In this document: positions 38,051-51,300 of the stretch, piece after piece | Position numbering within the stretch: the stretch's first letter is position 1 | Layout: the number at the start of each line of letters is the position of its first letter | From: Takakia lepidozioides | Taxonomy: Eukaryota > Plantae > Bryophyta | DNA length: 64,000 nucleotides | NCBI GenBank assembly: GCA_030704615.1 | Contig: CM060731.1 | Location: 89,590,001-89,654,000 of the forward strand | Direction of reading: 5' to 3' | Made by a program: the position numbers and the translations under genes | Notes under the pieces: generated by a model | Databases searched by the model: none | What the model was told of the DNA's origin: nothing | Seen by the model: only the letters and a program-made list of their open reading frames with translations

Positions 38051-38665
38051 ACAAAACAAATGTCTCGATTCATATATTGATTGGTGAGGTGTTTAAATCT
38101 GACGGATGATGGATGTCGACCAATTGTTTCTTTTAGGTGGCGATCAGTCAACTGCTTTGGTGTCAATGAAAATAGCTTAGCCAGGTGATCTCTAATTTCG
38201 TGTACAAGTTCATCAGGTTGGTTGTTGATGGGAAGGGAACAATCTAGCTTACAAAGAGCCTGTCCTTTAAGGGCAGCATTCCATACATTCCGTGTCGTGT
38301 CTGACCATACGGGGCTCCTTTGGTGTTCGTCACAACTACCGTCTAAGGAAGACCTACAGCTATCCTCTCTTCCTTCACCTTCACAGCTTCAACTTTGGCT
38401 GTGCTATTAGCCCTCAAAGCATTGGTTCTATCTTTCTTTGTATTGGCATCCTCCCCTCCTTCATAGACCTCCGTTTGCACAGGAGAATTCACGGCAGGAT
38501 CCCGTCAAGTAGGGAATGGTGGCCATGGCTGTTGGCCAGAAGGCCGAGGACCATACTAGCCATACTGTCCATAAGCAGGAGGATAGTTTGGTGGTCTGCC
38601 ACCCCCATAGCTATTAGGGGGTGGCAAATATGAACGAAATACAGGATAGTGATGATGCCACTTAC

Positions 38666-38900
38666 CAAGAGTGCCTCCACCATTGCCTTCCCACCACGGC
38701 CAATTTTGGTAGGATTTTGAATTGCACCATTTGCCTTCTTCATGTTGCCCGACACTTTCTGGAACACCTCTGTCTGCCAATAACTTACAAGCTTGTTCCA
38801 TGTGTCGTCAGATACAGTAATGGGTTTCCCCTTGCCACTCAACCACGCAGTGTGTGAATCAAAACGCTGGCTCTTCATTATACGATGGATGAAAACTTCG
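38666..38900 (-). pseudogene. CACTA TnpA-like (Ptta/En/Spm transposase_24-like) fragment
   Basis: KPITVSDDTWNKLVSYWQTEVFQKVSGNMKKANGAIQNPTKIGRGG resembles the P..V..D.W..LV.YW......S..N..NR......G..G signature. It is followed by a GTAAGT donor-like site. Confidence 0.7.
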
Positions 38901-39262
38901 ATATTCCGAATTATTGGAACCAGAACGATCAGAGTTCAAATAGCGAGTCTTCAAAGAAAGAACCCCCATAAAGGTTTTTCCAACATCAAACTTTTCTTTG
39001 TTCTTGCTCAGATTCATGGCATAACAACGCTCATTCTCTCGTTTGCTACAGAGAGGGTCATGGTGCTGGCCAAGCTACCATTCCCTTTAGACCACAAATG
39101 AGCCTCGATGGGGCCAAACCAAAATCCTCAGGAGCTCAGGTACACTACACTACCCATGGAGTTGATTGCTGGTGATATCCTTTGGCAGTCGAGCAAGAAA
39201 CTACCTGCTTTCCATCAAACCTCTGACATCCTGTTTGTTTTCTTTGGAATTCGATTGTCTAC

Positions 39263-42200
39263 CTACTGATCCTCGGCAGCTGCACTTGCCGCACTCAGAT
39301 CCACAGAAAGGTCCAGGACCTGCCACAGCCATCCACAACCCTGACACTTACACTCAGAACTAAATGTTTCCTTGCCTGTCATGTTTTCCTCATTAGTTTT
39401 GGAAGTGAGTATGAAGTAAGTTAACTGACAATCACATCGGCAACACTTATCCGAAAACAACAATGCTGAGATAAGACTTCGTGGACCATACGTCTCTGCT
39501 TTTAAAGGACATAGGTGAAGGCACTCAGGTCTCTAATTCCACATTGGTTAACGAAATTGAAAGGACCCGGTTCTAGCTTCCTTTTGAAGGAGATGGAGGG
39601 ACACACTCACCACATTACACGACACATGCATGCGCAAGCAAAAGCCTCACCAAAATTGGTCTCTTCTAGATGTTAAGATGTAATCATCAGTAGATTCCAA
39701 TTTTTTGGCTGTTACAAGTTTTTGCAAGAGCAAAACCTTGATGGTAAGGCAAATGAGGTGAATCTGAATGACTGATAAGATACCTTGTGCAAAAAGGAAG
39801 CACGAAGAGTCAATTCACCTTGCCGGTGATTCTGGTGTACATAGTAAGGACGTCATTTACTGTTGTCTCAAAATGTGTGGTCGGATCGTAGCTCTGCACA
39901 AATATTATGACGTTATCAGTGCAACAGGGTAAATCAATTTCGTCTGGAAGTTTCTTATTCTCTGTAGATACTTTTCAATAAATTGGAAGAGACACACAAA
40001 GAATTGCTAACTGGTAGAGAGCACTTAGGCAGATGGCATTGAAGTTCATGCTCTGGTTATTGGAAACCAGAGGAGATTGAAACCAATTGTATTCCAGTGG
40101 GCTACTTGTTGTTAGGCTACTTGAACCATCACTCTCCATGGAATACTGGACGAAAGCACAATCTCCTCCTCTCTTCTAGACTACCAACTGCTTGATTAGA
40201 CCCGTGTCTCTACAGCTTAGCTGCCTTCCTTGCCACGTTTCTGTGAATCCCCTCTTGGATCTGGATGGACTGCACACAACCATGACTTCCAAGTTGATCG
40301 TATCCTTATATACCATCAACATCAAATTAACAAAATGACAACCCTCAGACCACAAAGAATCCCACAATGGGTCCAGGGTACAGAGATTGTACTTTGGATA
40401 CGAAACAATTGTCCTGGGTAGAATCATTGGTGGGCTCGTAACTATCGAAGACCTCAATAAACATTTCATCGATGGGCCCCAGCAGACTGAGACCTGCTTC
40501 AAGCTCTGTCTCAGGCCTGTCTGTTTCGGCCTCTGCAGATACAAATGCAATGTACTTGCCCTTGGGTGCCACATTGTGGGAGTTTGAGCAACAGAACACA
40601 TATCTACCAAACACACAACAAAATCAATCAGTGTGCTCATAATTTTCTCTCAAGAATGGTAACGGGGCAATGAAATGAAACTTTATAACGTCCGTGGAAA
40701 GCTCAAAGAGCTTATGGGACAAGAGAAGGCATGAAACAAGAGAGAGGGGATAAGGGAGAGAGGGATAAGGGAAGAAAGGAATATCCATTAGAAAGCATGA
40801 CTGTTACAGTGCCAGATCAAAATCATGCTTCTGAGCATGTGACAACACCCTCCCTTGAATGAACAATCAACTCCACAACCGGGATTAAGAAATATTGAAA
40901 TTGATTCATCACCTTGTTTGCTTAAATCTCCCTGATTGTCTCCAGGGGGATTAGTTTTCTGCAGGGACTCAAAGATATGTCCTAGCCGATGTCAGAAGGA
41001 CGAGTACATCTATCCAGCACGCAACAGATAGACATGGTTGATCTAGTCCATGGGAGATCCTGTGAATTTCTCTGAAATCATTGGCAAGTAAAGCAGATGG
41101 ATGAAGAGAGATTAGAGTCGATGTCAGAGACTGGGAAAAAGACTGTATCAAGTATGGAGTTGACATCACAGAACTTGCAATTTAAGTACATACACAGGGG
41201 GGAGGTGAGGAAAATTTTACATATCAGAATTGCGCCCAACTTGCTTTTGGGGCAGAATTAGCTGCACTGACCCGCAGTCGTCTGTATTGGGGATGGGGTG
41301 ACTCATGAAGCAAATGGCACGCACCACTTTTCCCACGACCCTCACCTGCGAATTAGCCACCCAGGGCTTCAATGTGACATTTTTGCATAGAAATTGTTTA
41401 ATAAAACAGGACACTGGAATCCCTAGGTCACTGAAGGTCACTGAATTGTCCACCAGATGGAATGGTTCATGCAACAGTTTGAGTGAACTAGAGCCTAACT
41501 TGTGAAAATTGTTACACGTTTGCAACCATGAGCGTAAAAGCAGCAACATGAGCATTGCTTTAACGCCTCTGGCACTAAAAATACCTTCTCAAGAAGATAT
41601 GAAGGATCACACACGACTTTCTTGGCCCTCGCGGTCTCACCTTGGGATGTGACTCCCATCACTTTTCCCTCCTCATCAAACTCAACCTGCACTCTCCATC
41701 CAGGTCCAAGTGTTGTATTTTGGAGTACTACCTCTTAGTCCTCTCCTAAGCTAGTATGCCTGGTGGAAGTCCTCAGACAAGAAAAGCAGCAGCTTCGTTG
41801 GGGCTGATGTGACAACAACGCCTGGGATGGCCAGTAATGACCAAATAGTGCCTCCAAGAAAAATCCATCACCTTGGATCCCAACCGGTTTATTTGGCTGC
41901 GTGATACACAAGTTTTTGGATCTCCCTTAGTCCATTGAGTTGCCCTTGTCTCTTCCAATGAAGGCATTTCCAGCGTTGTCTAATAGCGGTTTGTAAAGTA
42001 GGTTCACAGTTATCATGAATTGTGCAATGTTGAAGCAAGCCCCACAGGTCTCCAATAATGACCAATTGACAGGCGCCCATGTAGAAAGAATGTTGCACAC
42101 TTTCCCCTGTCAGAAATTAACCACCTTCTGCAAATTGTTGTCTGCTCAAAGCAGCTAGACTACAAGTGCTGTTGTTTCTGCTCAGAAGCGAAGAGAAATG

Positions 42201-44423
42201 ACATGAAATGGTGCTTTATAACGTCCGCGGAAAGAAAGAAAGAAATGAAAGAAATGAAACAAAATTGTACTTTACAGAAAGTGAGAACGTCCACAGGGGA
42301 CCCGAAGCCCAAGGGAAACAAGAACACAAGTAGAGAGAAATTTACTCACAAGACGTTGTTTGCCGTAGCTTTGTGGCCAAGGACCCCGTGCCCAGTTTGG
42401 GCAGAACGAAAGGGAACAGATACTACCTTTGTGAGGGGCTCACTCCGGTAGTGTGACTTACCATGATGAAGAAATTTATTTCGGATATCCTCTAGAAAGC
42501 CCTTCACAAAAGTATCAACTTGCTGAGTGTGAGCTGCCCAGCAAGTAGAGAATGTACTCATAAGACGTTGTAGAGAGAGAGTAGAGAGAGAGAGAGAGAG
42601 AGAGAGAGAAGTCTACCTTGCAATCGGGCTTGGCAAGCATGTAAGTCCCACCATACACTGCACTAAGCCTAGCAAATGCCTGCAACAACACAAATCCCAC
42701 ATAGCCACACCCAGGTGCACATCAGATGGGTCTCACCTACCATAAATTGCTTATGACACATTCATACTACATCATATTGCAATAGAAATCTTTCTCTTCA
42801 GCTTGTGCCAAGACTATGATCAAAACCAATTCAAGGGCCTGGCATCACTCAGGCTGGGCTGGCTGAGTTGGCCTACTTCAAAACCTGAAACACACATACT
42901 ATCAAGTTACCATGTGACATGTATTCCAGAATCACGATCTGTCCTGGCCATCTTATGGCTCTGCTGATACTTGGATCATTTCCACCAGTGTAAGGTAAAC
43001 AACATGTTTACAACAATTTAGTGTACCACTTAGTTGAGCGAATCTGCCCACTTCAGCCTTAGATATTTCAAAGCAGCAGTGTAACCACTAACCTGCGGAA
43101 GCTCCCCAAGACCATAGAGTGGATAGATATAGGGTGAGCCTCCTTGAAAACGATTCATTGATTCTGCATACAACTGCAACAGCCAAAAAAGTTAAGTCTA
43201 CAACAGCACAAGCACAGTTTGGAACTGAGACTAAAACTGTGGAAGGGGTTAAGGAAGTTCTGAGGAGAAAAGAAAAGAAATGAAATGAAATGGTACTTTA
43301 TAATGTCCACGGAAAGCTCAAATAGCAAAATGGGAAAAAAAGAGAGAGGACACAAAACCAGAGCCAAAAAAAGAAAGAGAGAAATGAAATGATACTTTAT
43401 AACATCCGCGGAAATCTCAAAGAGCTTATGGGACAAGAGAAAGCATGAAACAAGAAAGAGAGACGGGCCGTCCACAAGGAGCCAAAAAACAACTATTGCT
43501 CAAGGGTTTGTCTTAGAGTCAATGCCTCATGCAGATATGCAGCTAAGCATTTCTGATCCTCATAATGGAAGATGTCTGTGACAGATTGGGTATCTTGGAA
43601 TAGACAATAGCATCTCCCACAGATCTCATAGTAGAAAGGACTGTGAAAGAAAAATTGTTCTTCCTTTCGATCTTCCTGATGTTTCCAGTACAAGCAGAGC
43701 ACAGGCCGTCCTCACGTTCAGGTTGTCCCACCTACCAGTTTCTCTATCTGCAAAGTGGGGGAGCCCACCCTACACCTCCCCACTGCCCTCAGAAGAGTGG
43801 AGATATGCTGCAGAGAGGTAATTGGGCCTAAAGCTTCTATTGTCACGGAGGACCAAGAATGTCTCCCAATAGAACTGCAGTTTTGTCATAAGATAGGCTG
43901 ATTTCCATGCTCGCCTGATGTGAAGTTCCTTAAGTTCTTGTCTGATGCATCTATTGCAGTCCTGCTTGGACGAAATTTCCATCCCCTCAGTATTTTGTGG
44001 CAGTAGGGAAGCAACAGAGAATCCATGTTGCTCATGGGACAAAATAGAACAAGAAGAAACTACTTAAGAAAACATGCAAGCTACCAGCCACTTCTGCTCC
44101 CCACAGCAGAAGGCCTCAGTGAACGACTGGAAGTCTCTAAGAGCAGTAGTATCTGCCCCAGCTCTCCCAGTACGTAGGACAAGAGAAAGAAAGAGAGTTA
44201 TAACGTCTGGAGGAGAGCCGAAGGCCCCAAGGGATACAAATAGATCAACACAGTAAACCACAGAAACCAAAGAACAACTGAAAGCTCAAGTCTTCCCAAA
44301 AGCAGAATGCTTCATGCAGGTAACCAGTTTGGGTCCTCGTGGATAAAGAACTTCCATAGATAGAGAAATGAAATGAAATGTAACTTTATAACGTCTGCGG
44401 AAAGCTCATAGAGCTTATGGGAC

Positions 44424-44456
<33 letters not shown>

Positions 44457-47400
44457 AATGAAATGAGCCCGACATCCTCACGTGGCTCTATTCTCCCTTT
44501 GCCGTCATCTCCCTATATTAAAGTGTTATCACTAAGGGTTATTACTAACCCTAATTAGTGCACTGCTTTAGGGTAATTGCAGCATCTTAGAGATGGTTAG
44601 GTTATGTCCTTGTAATTATCTTAAAGATATCTAGGATCAACCAAACCAAAGGTTGTAGAGGGAGAGAGAGAGAGAGAGAGAGAGGGCTAGTCATGTCAAG
44701 ACTTGAAAAGAAGAAGTCTGAATCAGGTTGTTTATTTTAATGAAAGACATCATGAGCCTTGGAAAAGGCTCCATCAACAAACCCCGATAGCAACAAGCTA
44801 TAGAACAATCAGTCTTTGTGAGTATATAGGTGGTTATTTGAAACCCACCTTAGAATATAGCAAAGAACTTCAATATAGAGGAACAAAACTACAATAGCAG
44901 GTCAGACCTACGAATTCACAAATATAATTGAACAATAACAATGAATGACCAAGTAGCAGCACCAGCAGCAAACTAAAAGAGTATTCTATAATAACAGTAA
45001 AGTTGAATGCATGGCAGAAATTGTGATTACCTTAACTCTATGTACAGTGTCCAAAGCAGGTTGGTCCAAGTAGGCATCATTTCGGTGCAATGCCACCGCA
45101 TGGCCAACAAAGTCAATGGTATTCTCCTCCAGTCCAAACTTGCTTTGTCATATCACAAGGGAATCACCAGCATTAGATTCCTTGTATATCCCTATGTCCC
45201 TCTGCTCTCTCTTCACTTGGGGGACTGCCCTTTCCAAACTTCTCAGTCCCAGGTTTTAAAGAAAGTGATAGGGTGTATTCCGATCTACCTTCACAGCCAC
45301 TGTCTTCCCTCCACTCTTCTATGCTATGTGGAGTAGATGGACACAAGGGTAGGCCAAGGAATACATCTGTATGTCTCCCTGTCTTTCACTTCCTGGGAAA
45401 TGCCTAGACCTTTCTTTGATTTTCCAAAGGACCTTAATGCCATCTGGACCTACGATTCCACCTTTGAACCAAATTCATGCTAGATGTCTACTGTGGGTAA
45501 GCAGGCTTCTCACGCAAATAGCTCCTTAGTTGTGACTCTACTCAAGTCCATATTGTCATGTGTCTTAGGGTCGTTCTCATCATAGTTCTGGACGTAAATA
45601 AAACAGTTGCGCATGCGGCGCTTCTCAAATAATCCCATGAGGGGAGACTTCAAGGCCTCAGCATCGGTTGCTGGAACCTTGTAAACCTGCAGGAATGTTT
45701 CATACCAGTGGTTCAGATGTAGTGCACTCATGGCATACCTCCTAGTTCATGAAAAAACTTAGAAAGTACGTGTGGTTTTGACTGGTAGTGGATCTACATA
45801 GAAGGGCTCATAGAATGATCTCAACGTCAACCAAGACCTGTAAGAAAACTCTCATAAGTTAAGGACTACACGCACATAGGAAGCACAAAGGGAGAAGTAC
45901 GATATTGTTATGCAACATGCTCAAGCAACCAACCAGTAACAGTGGTTCTGTTCATGGAAATGGAAATAACTCATTCTTCTGAAATGTACACTTCAATTAG
46001 TTGCAGACTCTGAAGCACCCTTGCTATTGTCCAACAAACCTAGTAAGGGTTTCAAGCCATTCATGCATTTATTGAACTGCTGCTATCTATCAAATTGTTG
46101 CTTAAATTCAAGTACTTCATGGCTGTTAGGATTGCCATTCTAATAGTTGTGATATTTGCATATCCAATTAACAAGCAGTAAGCATACCTTGCCCTGCTTG
46201 TAGACGTAGCTGCCATCCACGGCCTTGAATAACAGGTACTTGGTTACATCTGTGTAAATTAGAATTCTAACAAGCGCCCCATTCGCCATCATAAACTGCC
46301 ATTTGGACCTTGCATAAGAACTTGCAAACAGATTCAGAACTGGAACATATTGAATGCTTAGTAGTGCAGAACCAGGAGGTGACAATATTCTACATACAAT
46401 GCACTTGATAGACATCACAAAATAGTACTTTGGAAGAGATTATGCTAATTGGTAGAATCCAATCAGATTTAAATCTTCGTGATCTTACTCATCTGAATCA
46501 TTAAACATAAACGACTAACCTTGGGAACTGTGTCCACATTGTAATCTCTTTTTGAACCCAGGTATTCTGGCGGCTTGTCACTGCCCCTGAACTTCTGCCA
46601 TAGCTGTGGCAAAGAAACCAGCAACAAATAGCACTCAAAACCTAAATTGCCTATGTCTTAACTCAAATCCCAAGCAGACTAGGGTGCGTTAGCATCAACT
46701 TGGACTTCCATGCAAAATGCCTTGATTGTATTTGAATACAAAGTATGCCTCACATATCTCCCAGTATTCCAAATTTCCTTGCTTTACGGGATGAACAAAA
46801 GCTCAGGTAGGCCACCTGAGTGAGAGTGAGGGACGCGGATGCTCCACCATAGTAGTCATTTCTGTCCACGTGCAACACCTGTACGTCCAAACCAAAAAGT
46901 ACAATGCATTGAAGTCACCCTATAAAGCCCAACGTCCAGCACAACCACAGGAATTCATTCAAGAGTCACCCACACATGCGGATTTCCAGGAGCCTCAGGA
47001 ATGAGGGGGTTGGGGGTCTGAGCCATCAGAACTCGTGCACACCCATGTGGAAGCTGACTTCAAGATGGTAAGTAGATTTTGTAGGGCAGTGCATGAATGT
47101 GCATTACTACGCTTGAATTTGTCTACATTGCCATCAAGAATTCTTGGGAAGAGAGCCCTCTCCCCCAATCACAGTCCTCCTCTCAGCTCTGGCTCAGTTC
47201 AGTGCTCAACTAGGAGTCCCTTGCTTTGAGAAAAGAAACCTCGGATTTGCCAATGATCATTTTCCACTGCAAGCAACTGTTCCGAGAAGTTTCAAATGTA
47301 ATTTGCATTGCCAGGTTACCAATCACTACCACGGGCACATATAATGTCTACATGGGCAAGTTGCTTGCAACGACCAGAATCAAAAGAGTTGTCATTAAAA

Positions 47401-47574
47401 AAAAATCCTGCCTCGCCCCTTCATTCTCTTTCCTTCGTCTGTGCCGTCTGCCCGTCTCACTCGTGAGGGATAGTGGTAGTAAGGAACCTTGAGACGATCC
47501 ACTGATAGAAGGCCACTGAGAATGCATTCCTTCAGACCCGTGCCAAGCACAATGACATCGTACTCCTCATCCAT
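39263..47574 (-). CDS. GDI: Rab GDP-dissociation inhibitor, multi-exon
   Basis: [144 protein letters not shown]. Confidence 0.97.
42342..42570 (-). mobile_element. Older 3'-end remnants of the same LINE family in a RabGDI intron
   Basis: Encodes ..[18 protein letters not shown] second 3' tip (TGTACTCATAAGACGTTGT) lies at ~42552-42570 next to (GA)n. Confidence 0.85.
43381..43480 (-). repeat. (CATTT)n-tailed short interspersed repeat, representative copy (others ~30059, 40670, 42196, 43277, 44365)
   Basis: Shared core GAAATGAAATG..ACTTTATAACGTCC.CGGAAAGCTCAAAGAGCTTATGGGACAA. Confidence 0.8.
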
Positions 47575-48335
47575 TGCGCCTCTTCTCCCAAAACCTTAGG
47601 CACCCAAATGCCGAATCCACCTTCAAAACACCAGACAAATAATTTGACAAAACGCACCGAACTCTTCAAGAACGATGCCTCTCAAATAGTAAATTGACGA
47701 AATGGAGTTAATTTCCCTCTAATCATGTCTCACTCTACGCAGCTGCTACCTCCAAGAGATACTGAGTCCTGTAACCCTCGTCTTCCCTCTCTATAAGAAC
47801 AACAGGAAGCCATCTCTTCTGTCGCAGAATCAAGACACACCATGAATTGAAAGGTGCTCTCAGGCTGGCGAGATCGTGGAGATCCACTCCGAGGTTCGGG
47901 ATTAGGTTCGGCTGCTCACATTTTGAAGTCAAGTGCTTCAACTAGCCCTGGTTTGTTAACGACGTCGATAGTTGGAAAAGAGTCTGGTTGGTTCTGTTAA
48001 GTAGCATATGTTCCTAATTCGTTAGTTAACTGAGTCATAATGCTGTGGCTGTTTTTAGCTCAAGTGCAGAGGGAAGAGATTGGTCCTGCAAGTGCGATGG
48101 TGGAGAAGAGATTGGGCATAGACAGACAACAGGAAAGTGAACCTTGCGCGAGTGGCCATTGGAAGTCAGCATTAATTATGTGAGAGAGAAGATACAATGG
48201 TAGATACGGGAGCCCTTGGAGGTGAAAATCAGCATTGGGTTTGAGAGAGATAGAGAGAGGCAGCACTGCGCTAGTTATTTGGAAGAAACAGGTAGAGGAG
48301 TACAGGACATAGCGATAGCTCAAAAGGAGAGGGTG
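47575..48335. promoter_or_regulatory. Divergent (head-to-head) intergenic region between RabGDI and APC5
   Basis: The start codons are 761 bp apart on opposite strands. Confidence 0.6.
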
Positions 48336-51300
48336 ATGGCGGGAACTGGGTTTGTGCTGACACCCCACAAACTAGCAATGTGCATGCTCATGCATGTGTA
48401 TGCCGCACCATCATCAGCTTCTCCACCATTTTGTACCTTGCCTTCACCTGCCCGCCATCGCCTTGCCCTCTTCTTGCTGCACCATTCTAAGGTTGGTGCT
48501 CCGCGTTATCATGGATGGGGGGGTGTGTTGGAATTGAAGTGAGAAAGGGAGATATTGTGCAGGTTCAGTTTGAGGGGACTGATTGGATGTTTGGTGTATT
48601 CATCACATTTCACTGCCCTTCGGTCTTTGTAACGTCATGTCTGCAGGCCCTTGATCACGGGGCTAGCAGGGGTTTAGGGTTTTTCATTTCTCCTGATGAC
48701 TACACACTGATCAATGTCGTATGAGATGGAATTTCAAAATTCCTGACGAAGAGCATGTTGGTGGGTTGAGACGTGGATGATAATGGATTTTATGTAGCAT
48801 ATTTGTGCTCAATTAGCTCTACAATTTATTGGGCGGGGCATGCTGTAACCAAAAGAACTGGAAGGCCGGAAGGAGTCGTTGGGTGTGGAAGTCCTCCTTT
48901 GATTGTGCTAGCTGTAGGTTGTGACCATAGCCGTTGCTCCTGGTTTTGGATGATGAGAAAGAATTTCTCACAGCGTTGGAGGCCCAACACAAGTTGAACA
49001 GTCAAGAATCACAGAAAACAGACAATAGAACCACAAAAGCCAAAGAAAGGTATTTCTCTTTCAGCTCACAGGATTTGCAATGCTGTAGGCATCCGATGGA
49101 TTTCTCGAGCCCACATTGGAAGATCTTGGACATCAGCTCAAGGGGGCTCTTGCTGTTGTTGGTAGCATGCTTGCTGAGCAGCTTGGCAGCCGCCTGCCCT
49201 CTTTCTCTTCACCTGAGGACTTGTTCCACTTCTTCATCACTTTGAGAGGTAATGTATGGTCCAATCTGTCTGAGATCTTCTACTTTGAGCTGGGTAAGGA
49301 AAGAAAGGGGGTTTTCACTCACCAGGGTACAAACTTCAGTCATGACAATCCAGTTCTGGGATGTTTCAGTTTTGGACAAAGGTTGTTCACATCAGGAGTT
49401 AGCATACACTCACACCCCTAGTTTATATCGACATGGCATATGCACACTCGATCGAACTATATTTGTGTAAGAAGACAGAAAGAGATATTGCCTCCATGGG
49501 GCCCCCAGAGGTCCCATGTGACAAAGTAGAACCACAAGAGAAAACTAAGAGATTGCATCGAAATACCTCTCAGATATGATGTCAAAGCACTAATGTTCCT
49601 CAAAGCTAGAGGCCTCTGCTGGATGAGGAATCTGTATAGAGAGAGAGATAGGGCTTGTCTTGTCAGGACTTGACCAGCTCAGAAAGTTTTTTTTAAAGAC
49701 CAGGACATGACAGCTTTGCATTGCAAGGCACCATCACCCTTCTCCTAAACCACTGTCTTGCTCCTGATTTGTTTCACACTTCTGGGTGATTGGGGTGGGT
49801 GGTGGGGTTTGTTAGAAACCCTTCAAAAACCCTTCATAGTGACAGGCATCATACTGAACAGTATTCATATTCACAGTACTGTCATACTGGCATTTCCAGA
49901 AAACCGAAGTTCGTGCTTTTTAGCATGTGGACTGTAGGTCAGTGACCTCCAAGTCACCTCAGCCTTTATTTAAGCAAATCAGTGCTTGCTTAAAACCATA
50001 GAGATCACTGCCCACAGTAAATGTCTGAGCATAGAGGATAATTCTATTTCATCAAAGTAGCGTCAACACAAATACTTCCCTGAAAATCACATGTCTCAAA
50101 ACGGAGACAAATCCAAGTCTTCCACCATAGCCCAAATGTGGTGTACTGCCATGTCTTAAAACAAAACAAACACAGTATTCAAAATGAAACCACTCAGCTG
50201 GGCTGTAAAATGAGATTGATCCAAGTCAATGCGGGTTTTGATCAAACAGCTCAGACCTTGGACAACTTGCGTTCTGGAAATGAGCTCATGATAAGATAAC
50301 ATACCTCATAGTGATAGATTGTGCCAATGCACTATATCACTAACCTAACAGATTGGAAAAATCTCAGACAATAGGTTAGATACCTGGAGAGGGGAACCCG
50401 CTGATATTGTTTCCTGAAGTCCTCTCGTAGGTAGTGGCACCATAACATTAGTTGCTCATTGCAAGTAAGCAACCTTCTCATATCTCAAGACAACTCCATA
50501 TCCAGCTCTGTGATTTCAGACACAAACCCAAAAATTCATAGAAGAAGAGATGCACTCCCTCACCTGCACCCGTCCCCAAAAACACCACAAGCATATGATG
50601 TGGGTTAGTGAGGATGTGCGAGGTGAATGGCAGGCCCTCTTGCATGCTATAGCTTTCCAAATGAATCAGTAAGTGTAATGACCAATATCAGAGTGCAACC
50701 CCACTTGGGTACAACCATGCAAGGGAGTCATAGGAGTAGATCACTTAACCGCCACCACCTGAAGCATTTGAGTAGAAAGGGGCTACGATATCTTTAGCAA
50801 AACCTGGGGCCGATGCCACTGGTACCACAGAATGATAAAGCCAAGAAGAAAATCCAGAGGCCTCTCTTGGTCAAAAGATTGTTACAGAAGTACTGTTTCT
50901 GTCATACTTCCCTTGTTCATATAGTGCATATTAGCAGCTCATAGAACAGTACCACTAATTCGACTTCGTAGGGTTGAGTGGCTGGAAGTAAGGAGTGCCA
51001 TTGACTCGACTTAAGCAGGAGTCCAGTGGTTGGTACTAATTTTGTTCTCATTTTCAGGTTTCCTAATTCTGACACAAGGCATTGGCTACAGTAGACCAGC
51101 CAGAAGAGCAATGTACATTGACCGGATCATGTAGAAGGTGTACACATATACTCCAGTATGCTGCTACAGGGCCTAGCACAAGATATCAGAGATTAGTTTG
51201 CGATCAAATGTCATGTTGGTTCGTTAGGAACCTGCACAGAAGTACCATTCTCCTTTCTGTCTTTGCATACCATGTATGCAGTAGTAGCAGATAGTGGAAG

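Noticed and set aside
49850-51250. Possible nested antisense pseudogene in an APC5 intron
   Set aside because: Only short interrupted peptides with no confident family assignment.
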